A stretch of DNA of 64,000 nt from Raillietiella orientalis (taxonomy: Eukaryota). Below, one piece after another: positions 53,064 to 64,000 of the stretch; the stretch's first letter is position 1, and each line of letters starts with the position of its first letter. The notes under the pieces are model-generated. The model did not search any database. It saw only the letters and a program-made list of their open reading frames with translations, and had not been told where the DNA came from. A program made the translations under genes and the position numbers. The stretch covers positions 3,038,001 through 3,102,000 of the forward strand of contig JAYWIR010000010.1 in assembly GCA_036172245.1 (NCBI GenBank). The letters are read 5' to 3'.

Positions 53064-54399
53064 CCCGAAAAAAAAAGTCGAAAGGAAATCAGCGGAAACA
53101 GGGAAGAGCCCAATTAATAAAGATTGCACTCTCTTTTATGAGTACGTGCCTGTTGGCTCATGGCCTCTAATCGCAGCTAATAATGGCATTCATTGGTTGC
53201 AGACCGATGAATGATGAGATCTGCTCTCATCTCATCATGATGAGATGGTAATTTTCGAGCTAGCGCGGTAAAAGGTCTCACATGCTTCCCGAGTTTGTTT
53301 GTTTGTTTTTTTTGAAATCCCTCGCTTCGTTCAAGACTCCTCACCCCAGACAGTCTGCAGGTAAGTTTTACGCAAAGCGGCATTTCATCAGAGATAGGCT
53401 GGGCAGTGTCGTTCTTCGATGCGTTGCCAACCTCTCTGACCAGAGTCGGGTTTCCGTGGTAGCTCGCGGAGAAAACGGAATGACGACCGCAGCTGGCATT
53501 GAAAAGCGTCCAGCCATACCGCAGCAAGAGAAAGGAGGCCTCGCAGACAAAACTACAAAGTTCTGAGGAGCTGGTTTGGGGCTCTATCTGTGCAGGAAAG
53601 TGGCGAACGACCGCGCTTTTCCGATTCCGGTACTCCCTGAAATCCTGGAATCTCCCTGAATCACTGATGGCTGGAAAGAGCCAACGTTCCACTTTCATGG
53701 AAACTGTTTATTACGGACTTTCCTTAAGAAAGTCCATAAGAAACACGGAAACTTTTCCTGATGATGAACCTCGAGGCCCGAACAAAGTGATTGTCCTTCC
53801 TGATGCTTCCGGAAAAATGACTGTCAGGCAACACGTCACCCAGACTTTATGATGTATGGATGAGCAGAGGCTGTCAAAACGCAGTCTTCAAGTGAACTGC
53901 CTGACTTAACGGTAACTCCCTGCCGAGTGATATTTTTGAAAGGTCTCAGCAAAAAGTTCAAGTTCCAAAAACTGAAGTGAGGAGCGTTCATCCCGAATGT
54001 CTGCCCCTAGTCTGCGAACACTGCATTTTTTATTTGTGGCCACAGTGATCCCCTTATTCCAGGCGTCCTGTCCCCGACAACTCAACACGGAGAGTCTTCT
54101 CTCTTGAGCACGGAGACGAGTTCATATCTTGCGAGAGAGCGGATTTCTCCTGCCTGAGAAAAAATGAATGCATCTTAGTACAGAGAATAACCCTCCCTGT
54201 ACCAAGATGATCATCCGGGGACTTCATTTTCAGAAACCTTTAGCAAAGAGTCATTCCGAATTTCCTGGATGTGATCCGCCACGCTGAAGGTTCCTGGCTC
54301 CCTGACTCAGACTTGGAAAAGAGAACCCAGGTCTCGAGATCGAAGCAGGAGAAAGATATCGGCAGACGTGATCGCCATCGACTTCCAGCGCGACGACAA

Positions 54400-55100
54400 C
54401 TTGCCAATGTCTATGCCCATCCGAAATCAAGCATCACGTGATTTTATCTGTCCCGACATGCCAGTGTGTCTGATCCCGTCAAAGATAAGGAAACCTCTTG
54501 GAAGTAAACAACTGCTTCTTGGCAGTGAGCAACGATGCTGCTAAACAGTAATAACAAGGGAAATTTTCTGAATGTAGGAGGCCATAATGTGTAAGCACGT
54601 CTCCCCATCTCCCAAGCCGCTTCCAAGGAGAGCGCTAGAACTTTCCTCAAAGATGGACCACCTAATGCGAGTTTCGCGTGTGAATCTCGTAGTTCAAGAT
54701 GAAGGAGATGCGTCAGCGCTGGAACGCCTAAAGTGTCCCCTCGCAGTCCCATCGCAGATGCGGTGCTACTCGCTTAACGCTCCATTTGTTGCGATTCTTA
54801 GTTGCATGCTTCTTGTGGAGATCCGCTCGTTGAACCGCTAACAAGAATGATGACCTAAGAGAGCGGAGGAGTCGCCTCAGGAAACAACGCGTCGCACCAT
54901 TCAAAGCCATCTCAGAGGAGACCACGCAGATGCCCCACAGAGCAATTGGGCTGTTGGGATTCCAGCGATCGACGAAAAAAAACCATCCGAGCCTTTTCCG
55001 GAAGCAACTCAATCAGCGGCTTTCCAAAATGACAAGCTGTAACTAAGTTTAGCTGAACATGTGCAACATCCGCTTCAGAAACGGCGGTGGGTGCTGTCAT
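54400..55100 (-). mobile_element. Possible Gypsy gag relic
   Basis: VQRADLHKK...SVKRVAPHLRWDCEG and ELRDSHAKLALG...RKVLALSLEAAWEM resemble gag motifs such as ERxxF, CxFG, LRD and LTLxxA. Confidence 0.35.
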
Positions 55101-56893
55101 GGCAGCAAACAAAAGTTTGATTCGAGAAGTGCACTGCGGCGATCGAGCTGCGAGTGGGGGTATGGCTCAGGTAACAACGGAGATGCCAGGAGAGTAAAAC
55201 TTCTTCGAGATGTGACTGCAGGCTAAACGAAGGAAATCTGCTTTCTTCTCCGGACATCAAGTCAAGGGAGAAGCGAGAGTGTGAGTCTGTTCCTGGCATC
55301 GACGAGTAGCAGCTCAGCAGGATCAAACCAGAACCCGGCGAAATGAGAATTCAACTTTGTTCTTCCATCACCCCTTTGTTAAATAGAGGAATTCAGATAT
55401 GCCAGTGGAAGAGGGTGAGGATGCAGCCGTCCAGACTTTTCAAGTCCGTGCCTCTCAGAAAAGGGAAATCGCACGACTCCGAAGTCTTGGTTGCCCAGGA
55501 GGATTGCCTGACCCTTCTGATCGACCATCTTCAGCCTTTTGAGTTTGCGAAAACGTTTGACGACCAAGAACAAGAAGCAATGGTGGAGACACACAAGAAT
55601 CTTTGCAAGACCCGAATGATCAAAATCGGCGAAAACAGCAGCCGTGGTCAGCGGCTAGCGAGCGGCAGGCGCTTTGCAACATATTTCAGCTTGGCTTTCT
55701 TTCCAAAGCCTCAATCAGGCGTATGGGCGCTGAGCGAATGCAGAAGCTCTCTCGCGAAGACCTTTTCATAAGAAATCACGGGTGGCTTCCATGCGACCCA
55801 GACTATTTGCATCCGGTTTGCCTCGCCCCACGAGGATGAAGCCAACGAGACCCCTAACCTCTGTAAAGAGAACTTCTTTATGAGAAAGCGGAAGAAAAAA
55901 GGATGCGGGAACCCAAAGTGGGTCTGGTACCCTGATCATTACGAAGTGCGGAACGGAGATCCACCAGACGTTAAGACAAGTGCCGATAGCGCTTAAGTGG
56001 TGCTCTGGGGGAGGGGTGAGGTAGAATCTCGGAAGGGGGGAAGAGCTCCTGGAAGCTCTGGTTGTTTCGAGTCAACCGCATTGGATAAATCAAAACTGGA
56101 GAGCAAGGGACACCCCGAAGCCACAGTGACAAGATGGTGCTGGGTTCGCGGTGGGAGGAGCACATAGTGATAGGAGACTGAGCTCCGTTGCATGGAAAGA
56201 AGACAAGTCGATGGAGCTGGGGGTTGATGGATCTTGGGCTGCCTTCAAGAGAAACTGGCACTGTTGAAAAGAAGGTGAAAAGGAAGGTCCCATAGGGAAG
56301 AAGGGAGCATCTTGGAAATGGTGGGCTGGGTCTGCGGCATGCAGCTGCGAGACTGCTGAGACAAGAAGCGAGATGTCATGCCGAGAAGCACATACCAGGA
56401 AGACTGAGGACGTGGGAATATGGACAGAGGAAGCAGGAAGTTTTGCAAGGCGGGCAGATTCATCCTCGGAACTGTTTGACCCAGCTTCCTCGCTTGCAAC
56501 ACGGTAGCTCGAGGTGATAACACCCCTTGAAGAAACCACGGACACCTTCAGGGGATCCTCATGTTCGCCTCCTGCAACAATGGCTCCGCGGCATTGCTAG
56601 GACCCTGACCTCGGTCCTTCATCCTCGCGGGAAGCCTCAGAGGTAAATGGGTCCGCAGACTACCAAACTGAAGCTTCGTGTGCCCTCACATGACCCTGAT
56701 GAAGTGCCTCCGACCTTCTCGGAAAAGGAAATGGGAAGCTGGCAAGTCAGCCCGAGGTTCGCAAAAACTACGACCCAGCAAGAGAGGGTACCCGCCCGAG
56801 ATGCGGGTTCGATCTGCAGCCGTAGCGAGCTCTTCGAGCCCGCTTCCCCCGTCCCCCGGGATGGACTCGCTGGAATGAAGAGAGATGGCTTAC

Positions 56894-56987
56894 CTTCCGG
56901 AAGTTCTTCTGTGGTGTAATCCAGTATTTCGCTTCCTCCACCGTCGCGCGGGAGCACAACTGCTAGCAGCAGCAGCAGTGGGTTCAT
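56894..56987 (-). CDS. Coding exon 1: signal peptide, MNPLLLLLAVVLPRDGGGSEILDYTTEELPE
   Basis: ATG at 56987, hydrophobic LLLLLAVVL core, donor GAAG|gtaagc. 94 nt ending in phase 1, which matches exon 2. Confidence 0.8.
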
Positions 56988-57589
56988 CGCGATGCAGAGG
57001 GGAAGTGCGGGGAACACAAGGGGGGAGGGAGGTGGAGGATTCTGACTTCTGAGGGATAGAGTTGGAATCTATTGCGGTCCGTCCCCGTGCGTACCAGAAA
57101 ACTTATAAGCACCTCACACACCACCCGACAACTCTGCGAGCCGAGTGGGACCGAGCAGGGTGACTCGCGCTGAGGCGGCAGAGCTCCTGGATATGAACCT
57201 TCCCGATCTCTCACTTACTCGCTCGCTCGCGCGTAATCCTGCCTTGCGGTGCTGCATGCCAAAGAACGGTGCAGTTCTATTGGGGAGGACGGCGGGTGCC
57301 TTCATCCGGGGTTATCGCGGGCGCGGGCATCGTCGCGTGGCTAATCCGCACCTCAACTGTTGACCACATACGCCGGTTGGTTCGAAAATCGAGATTCGAA
57401 GGAAAAAAAAAAAAAGGTAGGCTCCTGCCGGTTTGCGTACCAGACGCCGTGCTGCATTCCACATGGCCTTGTCGAGCCGCCCCTTGCACATGTTGCTGCT
57501 GAAACGGATAGGATCACATTGGACAGCTCTGCATTCGAAAAGTACACGAAAAAGGAAATGACCCCTAGTATGCGTACGATTTGACGAGA

Positions 57590-58050
57590 GGCAGCTTTGC
57601 TGCAAAACGCCAGGTTCAAGAGAACATCATGTCCCACGTCGGGAAGAGCCCGTCTCCGGGGCATTCTCTGCCCCATCTCTGATCAAGGAAGCCAGAATCT
57701 GGGAGCTGTCCGCCAGACTACCCCAGGAGCAAACGCAAAACGGAAACCTCACCTAGTCCTTCAGGACAGAGGCAAAGTGGTCACGTTCGGCATCGCCTGC
57801 CCTTGAGTGTTCATCAATATTGTCGGAGAAGTCAAGAGAGGAGAGAGCGAGCATCGAGGACTGGCCCTCGACCTCACTTCAAAGGTGGAGAGTCGGTCTG
57901 CCGTAGGGGAAGTCGTAATGGGATCCTCTGGATCCTGGCATTTGAAAAGCAGGAAAGTTCTGGGATAAACGAAATTTTCCAAGAAGCATGCAGAACGCAT
58001 CAGAAGAAAGAAATGATGCGCTCAGCGTCCCTGAGATGAGCACTCGAATG
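57590..58050 (+). mobile_element. Second decayed RLE-type non-LTR retrotransposon fragment
   Basis: RKPHLVLQDRGKVVTFGIACP*VFINIVGEVKRGESEHRGLALDL...VGEVVMGSSGSWHLKSRKVLG* read in one frame. Confidence 0.65.
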
Positions 58051-60715
58051 GGTCACTTCCCCTCTCAACGAAAGAAGAGTCGAAAACAAGGAGCTGGAGG
58101 GGAAGAGAAAGGCGAAAAAGATGGGAAGAGTTCCCTTTTTTTCTGCTTCATTTCCTCCTCATCATCATTTTATGTGGGGGTGAAAATTAAACAAACCCCT
58201 TCGTGCTGAGCAGAAAAAATAAAACAAACCTCATTCCAGTTTAAGTACCAAACGGGCTCTGCAATGCACTGTACGTGACAACGTGGACCGCCTCTTGCAC
58301 GTGTGACTGCGGAAATTGATGAGATCGGCTCGGCTTCACTTCTCTTCTACTTCTGCTCTCTCTTCCTTAACATCTTTAAGATTCCGCGTCGCCAGCCTTT
58401 CACGTGACTCGCTTGTCATCTGGCAGCACAGCCGTGAACCGTGCTAAGTGAGATGGGATGCTTCGAGGAACATTGCAGGATTGTGGCACTTGTGCAGCTC
58501 TTGCTCTGCACCCCAGTGACGATAAATGGAAGGAAGGTCGTCCTCACTGCTATGGACCAGGCTTGTGAGTTCGGGCGCAGTTGTGGCTCACTCTCAGAGC
58601 CTTCCTTCAGCGATCCTCGCAGTGGTACAGTAACGACACATCAAAAATAGAAAGTAGAAAGCACAAAAATCGTAGAAAACAGGAGTGCCCAGCACCGGAA
58701 GTCAAAGAACTGCATTGGATTTCGCCACTCGTGCAGCATCTCATGACTGCTGCGCAACGCAGTCTTTCTAGCTGAAGGGTTGTGGGAAGACAAACCGTCG
58801 GAACATGGAACTGAATATTATTGCGCCATCTGCTATTGGTTGCACAAGAGCTCTGGTTCAGTTCACCAGCTGACCGCCTAGTACAGCATGATCTTCTGAC
58901 AATTTTCTTGCAGAGCAGAATGACAATAAAAAACTCGACGGGGGCAGCATCCTCCAGCCACGTTATTGAGACTCGAAGCGCATTCCGGAGCGTAGGAATG
59001 CGTGTGACCGCTTTTCCCGTCCCGGTTTTGTATGTCCCAGTTCTGGTCCTTTTGCCCCGAACACAGGGGAACAAGCAGCGTGGTTCGACCGACCGGCAAG
59101 AAGAATAGCGCCTCCCGGGACAGAAGACCCTCCGCTTCTCGATCTCGCGCTTGCTTGCTAGCAATCCACATCTCAGAAGTGTGCTAGGTTTCCAGCTTCC
59201 AAAGCCCGGTGGCCACCGAAAGAAATGAGACTCAAAGGATTCTCGGCCAGCTCCGATGACTGCAGCGCGTCCACTCACTCTCTGTCTGGCATCGGCGCAA
59301 ATTGGTCATGGTCACAGAAACAGCAAGTGTCTTGAGAGAAGTCTCCGATTTTCTAGGAGGATTTTTTTTTTCTTCAGGTGATCTCATTCTTGTAGGAAAC
59401 GCATCCTTAAGATCTGTTGACTACGTGTTCAGACTTAGGAGCTACTGATGTGCTCACAGAGTAGGCCACAAGTTGATGGTGCAGTAACAGCTGCTTGCCT
59501 GCGATACGTTTCAGATCCACTCAAAGCAGCATTAATACTGTTTTTTCAGAAATGTACACAGAACCAAAAGCATCTCCCAGGGAGAAACTGAGTTCCAAAT
59601 GGATACTAAAGATTTTTTGCAAAGTTCAGCTCTTCTGCTGTGAGATGCTGAAATCTCCGGAAACTCTACGATTCCTTTAAGTTTCGGATAATGGTTTTGG
59701 AACACACCTCGAGACCATCAGGGTTCCTTTAGTAGAAGGGTGTACGCTAATGCAACCTCATCTGCTGAAGCACAATACTCGATACGGGTGAGTTCCTGCA
59801 CTGGAAGGATGGACTTACCGTGAGATCTGCAGAGATCATCCTCTTATTCATACTGTTACTGTGCGTACTGATCAAGTCTGTTGCTATTTTTGCCTTTCGT
59901 AATGGACTTCATCGTTCCGAGTCAATTTGAGTTTGTAAAGTCGACATCATCAGCAGTCGAATGTGTTTAGGCTGTTGAGGACTGTCAGGGGTCATTTACA
60001 ATGCTTTTTCCTTGAATCCATTATTCCAGAATGAGGAATGATTTCTTTTCCAGATTTGTCTTTCCACAAACGAGATGCAACTCTTTTGCTGGCTTTTAAG
60101 TTTGTTTGTTTTTTTCATTTCTGGCTCTTCGGCTCGAGTAGGCGAGCTCTAAGTTCCGGATTTCGTAACTCGAAATGCATTGCACTGTGGCAGCATATGA
60201 AAAGCATCGGATGAAACAACACATCGGATGAGATTCAGAGGAACTGTTGTCACGGCGTGAGATCCCACATTGCAGGGAAAAAAAATTGCCTAGCTGAATT
60301 TACGTGAATGTCGCTGTTGCTCTTTTAGCATTTCCATCCACGTCCGTGGCCTCGCACTGGGAACAAACACATGTGCTTTCCATTGCGTGATAGAATTAGT
60401 AAAGATGGTCGCTCTCCGACGAATTACTTATTCCTTTCTGAAGATCTGTCCTCAGAGATGGGCCTACATTCGGACCGAAATGAAGACGAAACAGTTGGGC
60501 TTTTAAGAATGAAGCAATGAAGCAGCAGTCATTTAAAATAATTGCTCTTTCGAGCCTGAATCCAGCTCATCGTGTCCGTTAGCAGCACAGAGCCGATTCT
60601 TCGTAATTTCAGGTGAACTCTGGGATTTCGTCGGCATGCCTGCTGGGGTTCCTGAGCTTGGCTGCCCGACTGGAAGGCAGCAGCTTCGATTTCAATCACC
60701 CTTGATCCTCTAGTC

Positions 60716-60961
60716 CAGCGTTTCCCAAACTATGTGCCGCGGAACACCAGTGTTCCGTGGAAAGTCAATAAGTGTTACGAGAAAAATCGTGAAAATTAAT
60801 ATATTTTAAATGCTATAAAGTTCATTCTACATTTACTTGCTATAATGATTTATTATTAATATATACCTACACCCACCTACCCTATAAAACAACCAAGGTA
60901 TTTCGTTGAAATTTCAGAATTTGTGAAGTGTTCTGTTACAAGAAAAGTTCGGGAAACTCTG
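60716..60961. mobile_element. 246-bp non-autonomous hAT (Charlie-type) MITE
   Basis: TIRs CAGCGTTTCCCAAACT / AGTTCGGGAAACTCTG (14/16 match) around an AT-rich core. The 8-bp flanks ctctagtc / ccctagag fit a decayed NTCTAGAN TSD. Confidence 0.85.
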
Positions 60962-62261
60962 CCCTAGAGTTTCAGACGACAATTCCATCATTGTGCCGAC
61001 TCGATCTTGGATTCGGATTCTGTCGATCCCTCCTCAGTTGAGAATTTTCCTGGCAAACCAAGCAAAGCAAATCCAACTTTGGATCGTGACAGGGTCATTT
61101 TTCCAGCTGTCAATCAAAAAGCGCCAGTTAGCAACTGTTGCCTGGGTAAGTCATCTTTCACAGTTTTGAGAATGATTCATCTCATAAATCATTCTCCACG
61201 TGTGAGCCCTCGTGTTGTCATCATTAGATCGTAGCGACCATCAGTAACTAGGTATTAGATCAATGCAGAAGATAAGGCGAATCGGAATGGCGATCCAGAG
61301 TAGCTTCAAGTCGGGTGAGTCTCTGCTCCGTCGTACAAAATTAAACCTTCAAGAGTGTCTTCATCTGTGCTTCGCATGAAAGGAGGAACGCAGTGCACTA
61401 CGAAGCTTGGAGAAAGATTTCTACACTCGCTACAGGTATCCACGATTGTGTTTCACAGTCCTCTTTTTCATTAGAGACTGGGAGCGCTTGAAAGATCAGA
61501 GATGCATTCTTTTCGATTTCCAAAGCTTAGAAGATGCTTAGAAAATGACCCAAATCCGAAGAGTGTAGGGATGGCTCGATTTTGAATCTGTATTATCACT
61601 TGTGTTTTGTGTGTTGTTCGTCGGAAAGGATAAAGTGATGAGTTCAGACTGAATACAAAAGGAAATAGACAAAGCGCTAAGAAAAAACATTTTTTTTTTT
61701 TTTCAGATTCATAAGCAAGAAAGCCGTACAACCACATAAGTCTTGTCGATGATGCACCATCAAAAATTGAAAAAATGACATTAGCATCGTGAAAGAGAAC
61801 TCTTTTGGCAATCGGATGTGTTGGGCGTTTTAAGAAAATGACTCGAGTCCCTGCCCGTGCGAGCTGTAGGAGGATGCAATTAGGATCGATGCGATTGGGA
61901 TCTGCAGACGGTGTGTGCCATAGGATTCATAAGTATAACACATCCTGAATCCTTGCATCTGCACCCAATCTTGAATCTCACGGAGGCACTACGAGACCTT
62001 GACAGGTATCCCAAAATTACCCAGAAGAATTGGGCGCTTGCGACCTGCAATCAACCTGTATTCGTCTTTGATCCCCGCTCAGATCTGGTTCTGTACTGCA
62101 GGGAGCTATGTGATGATTCTGGAAGTCTCATTCCTCTGAGAAGGTTGCCCGGCGACTTTGCTGGAGATCAGACAAATGGAAGAAAGCACACAGCTAGTGC
62201 CCCACTTCTTGGCCGAATGCGTCCCTGCGTCAACTGGCCCCCAGTCCGGCCAGCGGAGGGT

Positions 62262-63150
62262 GAGTTTGTTTTACACACTTATACAAACTTTACATTCTTA
62301 GTCTACAATTTCAATAGGGTTACTGAAGGTGGAGGACAGTTCACTCGCTTGGATACCATCCGTTATCTTTTTCAAGATATAACTATATGTCCATTTGGGT
62401 ATTTCGCCGCGGTTCCTGAGTCCTATTTGACCAGTCCTTGCACTATGTTTATGGCCGACACTCTTGCTCCCGTGTTCCTCATCTTTGCCCTTCTTATCAC
62501 GATTCTCTTGATAAAGAGGGCTATGATGGTGCGAACCATGGGATTGTTATCGGGGGACTTTTCCGTCCCCTTCAAACATTCTCGCTAAGATCTTCATCCA
62601 CGTGTGCATCTGTAGTCCGGTCACTGCCTTTAGAGTCATCCAATCTTGACCAAGCGTCGGACAGGTGAGAACATGGAGTCAATTCTCCTTATCCCCACAT
62701 GCTTTGCAGATCTCATCTTGTCTATCACCGGTGTACCGCTTATGATGCCTCTGTGGTAGAACATCAGGAGATCATCTTGAGTGCCAAGTGGCAAATCGCT
62801 TCGCCACACGACCTATCCAACCTCACGAAAACGCACGTTGTGGCATTTGTAGCGGCTAGAAGCGGTGGCAAGTGTATCATTTTGTTGTCTTCGCATATAC
62901 AGAAGACTTTTGAAGTTTTCTTTGTTCACCCAGACCACGCGTTATTCTGGTGCGTTCACACCTCGCGCGTCTTGTGGGTGAATCTTCCCGTCATTTCCTG
63001 GAAGTACTGGAACATTCGCATTTTGTGGCGATTGCCACCAATAGCGAAATGTTCACAGTCTTGTATTAGCCTTCTCGACCTACGACACATCCAAGACTGC
63101 ATCTCCCGCAGAACTGGGATGAAGCAGGGAATCACTGAGGCCAACTCTTC
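62262..63150 (-). mobile_element. Decayed L1/Tx1-like LINE ORF2 3' end with 3' UTR
   Basis: VVWRSDLPLGTQDDLLMFYHRGI followed, after a frameshift, by the CCHC knuckle ICKACGDKEN*LHVLTCPTLGQDW. TGTA-rich tail ending taaaacaaa. Confidence 0.65.
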
Positions 63151-63314
63151 TCCCTAGATTTCCTTGCTTCGGAGCGCGATTTTCAGGTGATCCATTCTCA
63201 CCAGTGCCTGCTTCCTCTTCCAGGTGTGACCAACTTCGTTCCGCTCAAAAGTTTTGCCTATGAGCACGACATCAGGCCACTCCAGTTGTTCAACAGCTTC
63301 GAGTGCTCCCGGTG

Positions 63315-63680
63315 CACTGCAAAGGTCCACTCATCCCGTTTCTCGGCAAGTTCCAGGATTTACAATGTTTCCAGAATTTGCACGGATTACTGAAGAGGCT
63401 TCATTCTAGTCCCGCCTTCCCCCTTCGGGAGTCAGAAGGTCTTGAGCTTCGAGGCTTGCACTCCCTCCACAGAATCTTCCTTTGTCAAACTTCTATTCGG
63501 GTTTTCTTGTTCAATCTGCAAAAGACCGCTCCATAGAGTATCTTGGGAAGGAGCACTCCGTTCCACAAGTTGGCAATCCGCTTCAAGCTGAATTCTACCC
63601 AAGCATACTTCGCAGCTTCTTTATCTTCCCTTAGGATTTCTTTCCATATTGCTTGTGAATCGTCCCTTCTCCAATGAGAG
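63315..63680 (-). mobile_element. Decayed RTE-clade LINE C-terminal fragment
   Basis: EFSLKRIANLWNGVLLPKILYGAVFCRLNKKTRIEV*QRKIL, then ILELAEKRDEWTFAV. Compare RTE VLLYGxExW and LAxDRxxWR. Confidence 0.6.
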
Positions 63681-64000
63681 CACTGGTGGTATACTGGGGA
63701 TGCTGCAACCCAGGGAACAGCGCAATGGTAAGAAAGCTCAGGATTCTTCGGCACCAAACGGAACGCATCAGGAAGGAAATGGTATGTGCCGCGACATCCA
63801 ATTCTCCAGTGGCATTTTTTGGAAGCATCACCTAGGGCGGCTCCTCCCCCCACATATGTAAGAAGTTTAATGCTACCATTAGAAAATGAACCTATCGTTT
63901 AATGGAGCTGCAGGTTATAGTGACTGTGCATATAGTGATTATCTACAGTCATGCATTCACATGCACTGAGGATCGAGTTTTCAGTTGTTTCCCACCCGGG

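Larger units (their letters stand above)
1043..56987 (-). other. Span of a spliced Sidestep/nephrin-like immunoglobulin-superfamily gene (5' part: signal peptide + Ig1-Ig3; continues beyond position 1)
   Basis: Seven exons join in frame with GT-AG introns. The product begins MNPLLLLLAVVL and contains LHC...LILWYK...DEGVYRCRVDY (V-type Ig1), GPLQEG..FTCEVTGGNPVPVVTW...FSCHASN (Ig2) and LFAG..IVCKSWGSVPPANISW...HGKHLQCHAENP (Ig3). These motifs are typical of arthropod Side-family proteins. The specific orthologue cannot be named. Confidence 0.9.

Noticed and set aside
58607..59278. 223-aa minus-strand ORF upstream of the gene
   Set aside because: It starts at GTG and has no recognisable domain or supporting splice structure.
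61911..62588. 225-aa plus-strand ORF with a hydrophobic C-terminus
   Set aside because: It starts at GTG and has no recognisable domain. Its 3' half is the antisense shadow of the L1/Tx1-like relic.
1..64000. CRISPR arrays, operons or other prokaryotic systems
   Set aside because: There are no regularly spaced repeats and no dense coding. The exon-intron structure and retroelement debris show this is eukaryotic DNA.

Overview
Eukaryotic, most likely arthropod, genomic DNA. Almost none of the listed ORFs are real. The window holds the 5' part of one large minus-strand gene. I assembled seven GT-AG exons with matching phases (56987-56894, 40934-40811, 33861-33686, 15491-15381, 9370-9167, 6777-6626, 1187-1043; 1006 coding nt). 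They encode a signal peptide plus three Ig domains of a Sidestep/nephrin-like cell-surface protein, and the gene continues past the left edge. The introns and upstream flank carry five copies of a ~750-bp, highly structured, tRNA-headed SINE-like family. Two of those copies form an inverted pair sharing a 558-bp core with only 3 differences. Also present are a full-length degenerate U6 snRNA copy, a 3'-truncated U2 retrocopy with a perfect 13-bp target-site duplication, a Charlie-type hAT MITE, a ~570-bp nested foldback containing a hammerhead-like motif, and many decayed retroelement fragments (RLE-type, RTE, L1/Tx1, CR1/L2-like, BEL, Gypsy). All alignments were done by eye and repeat boundaries are approximate.
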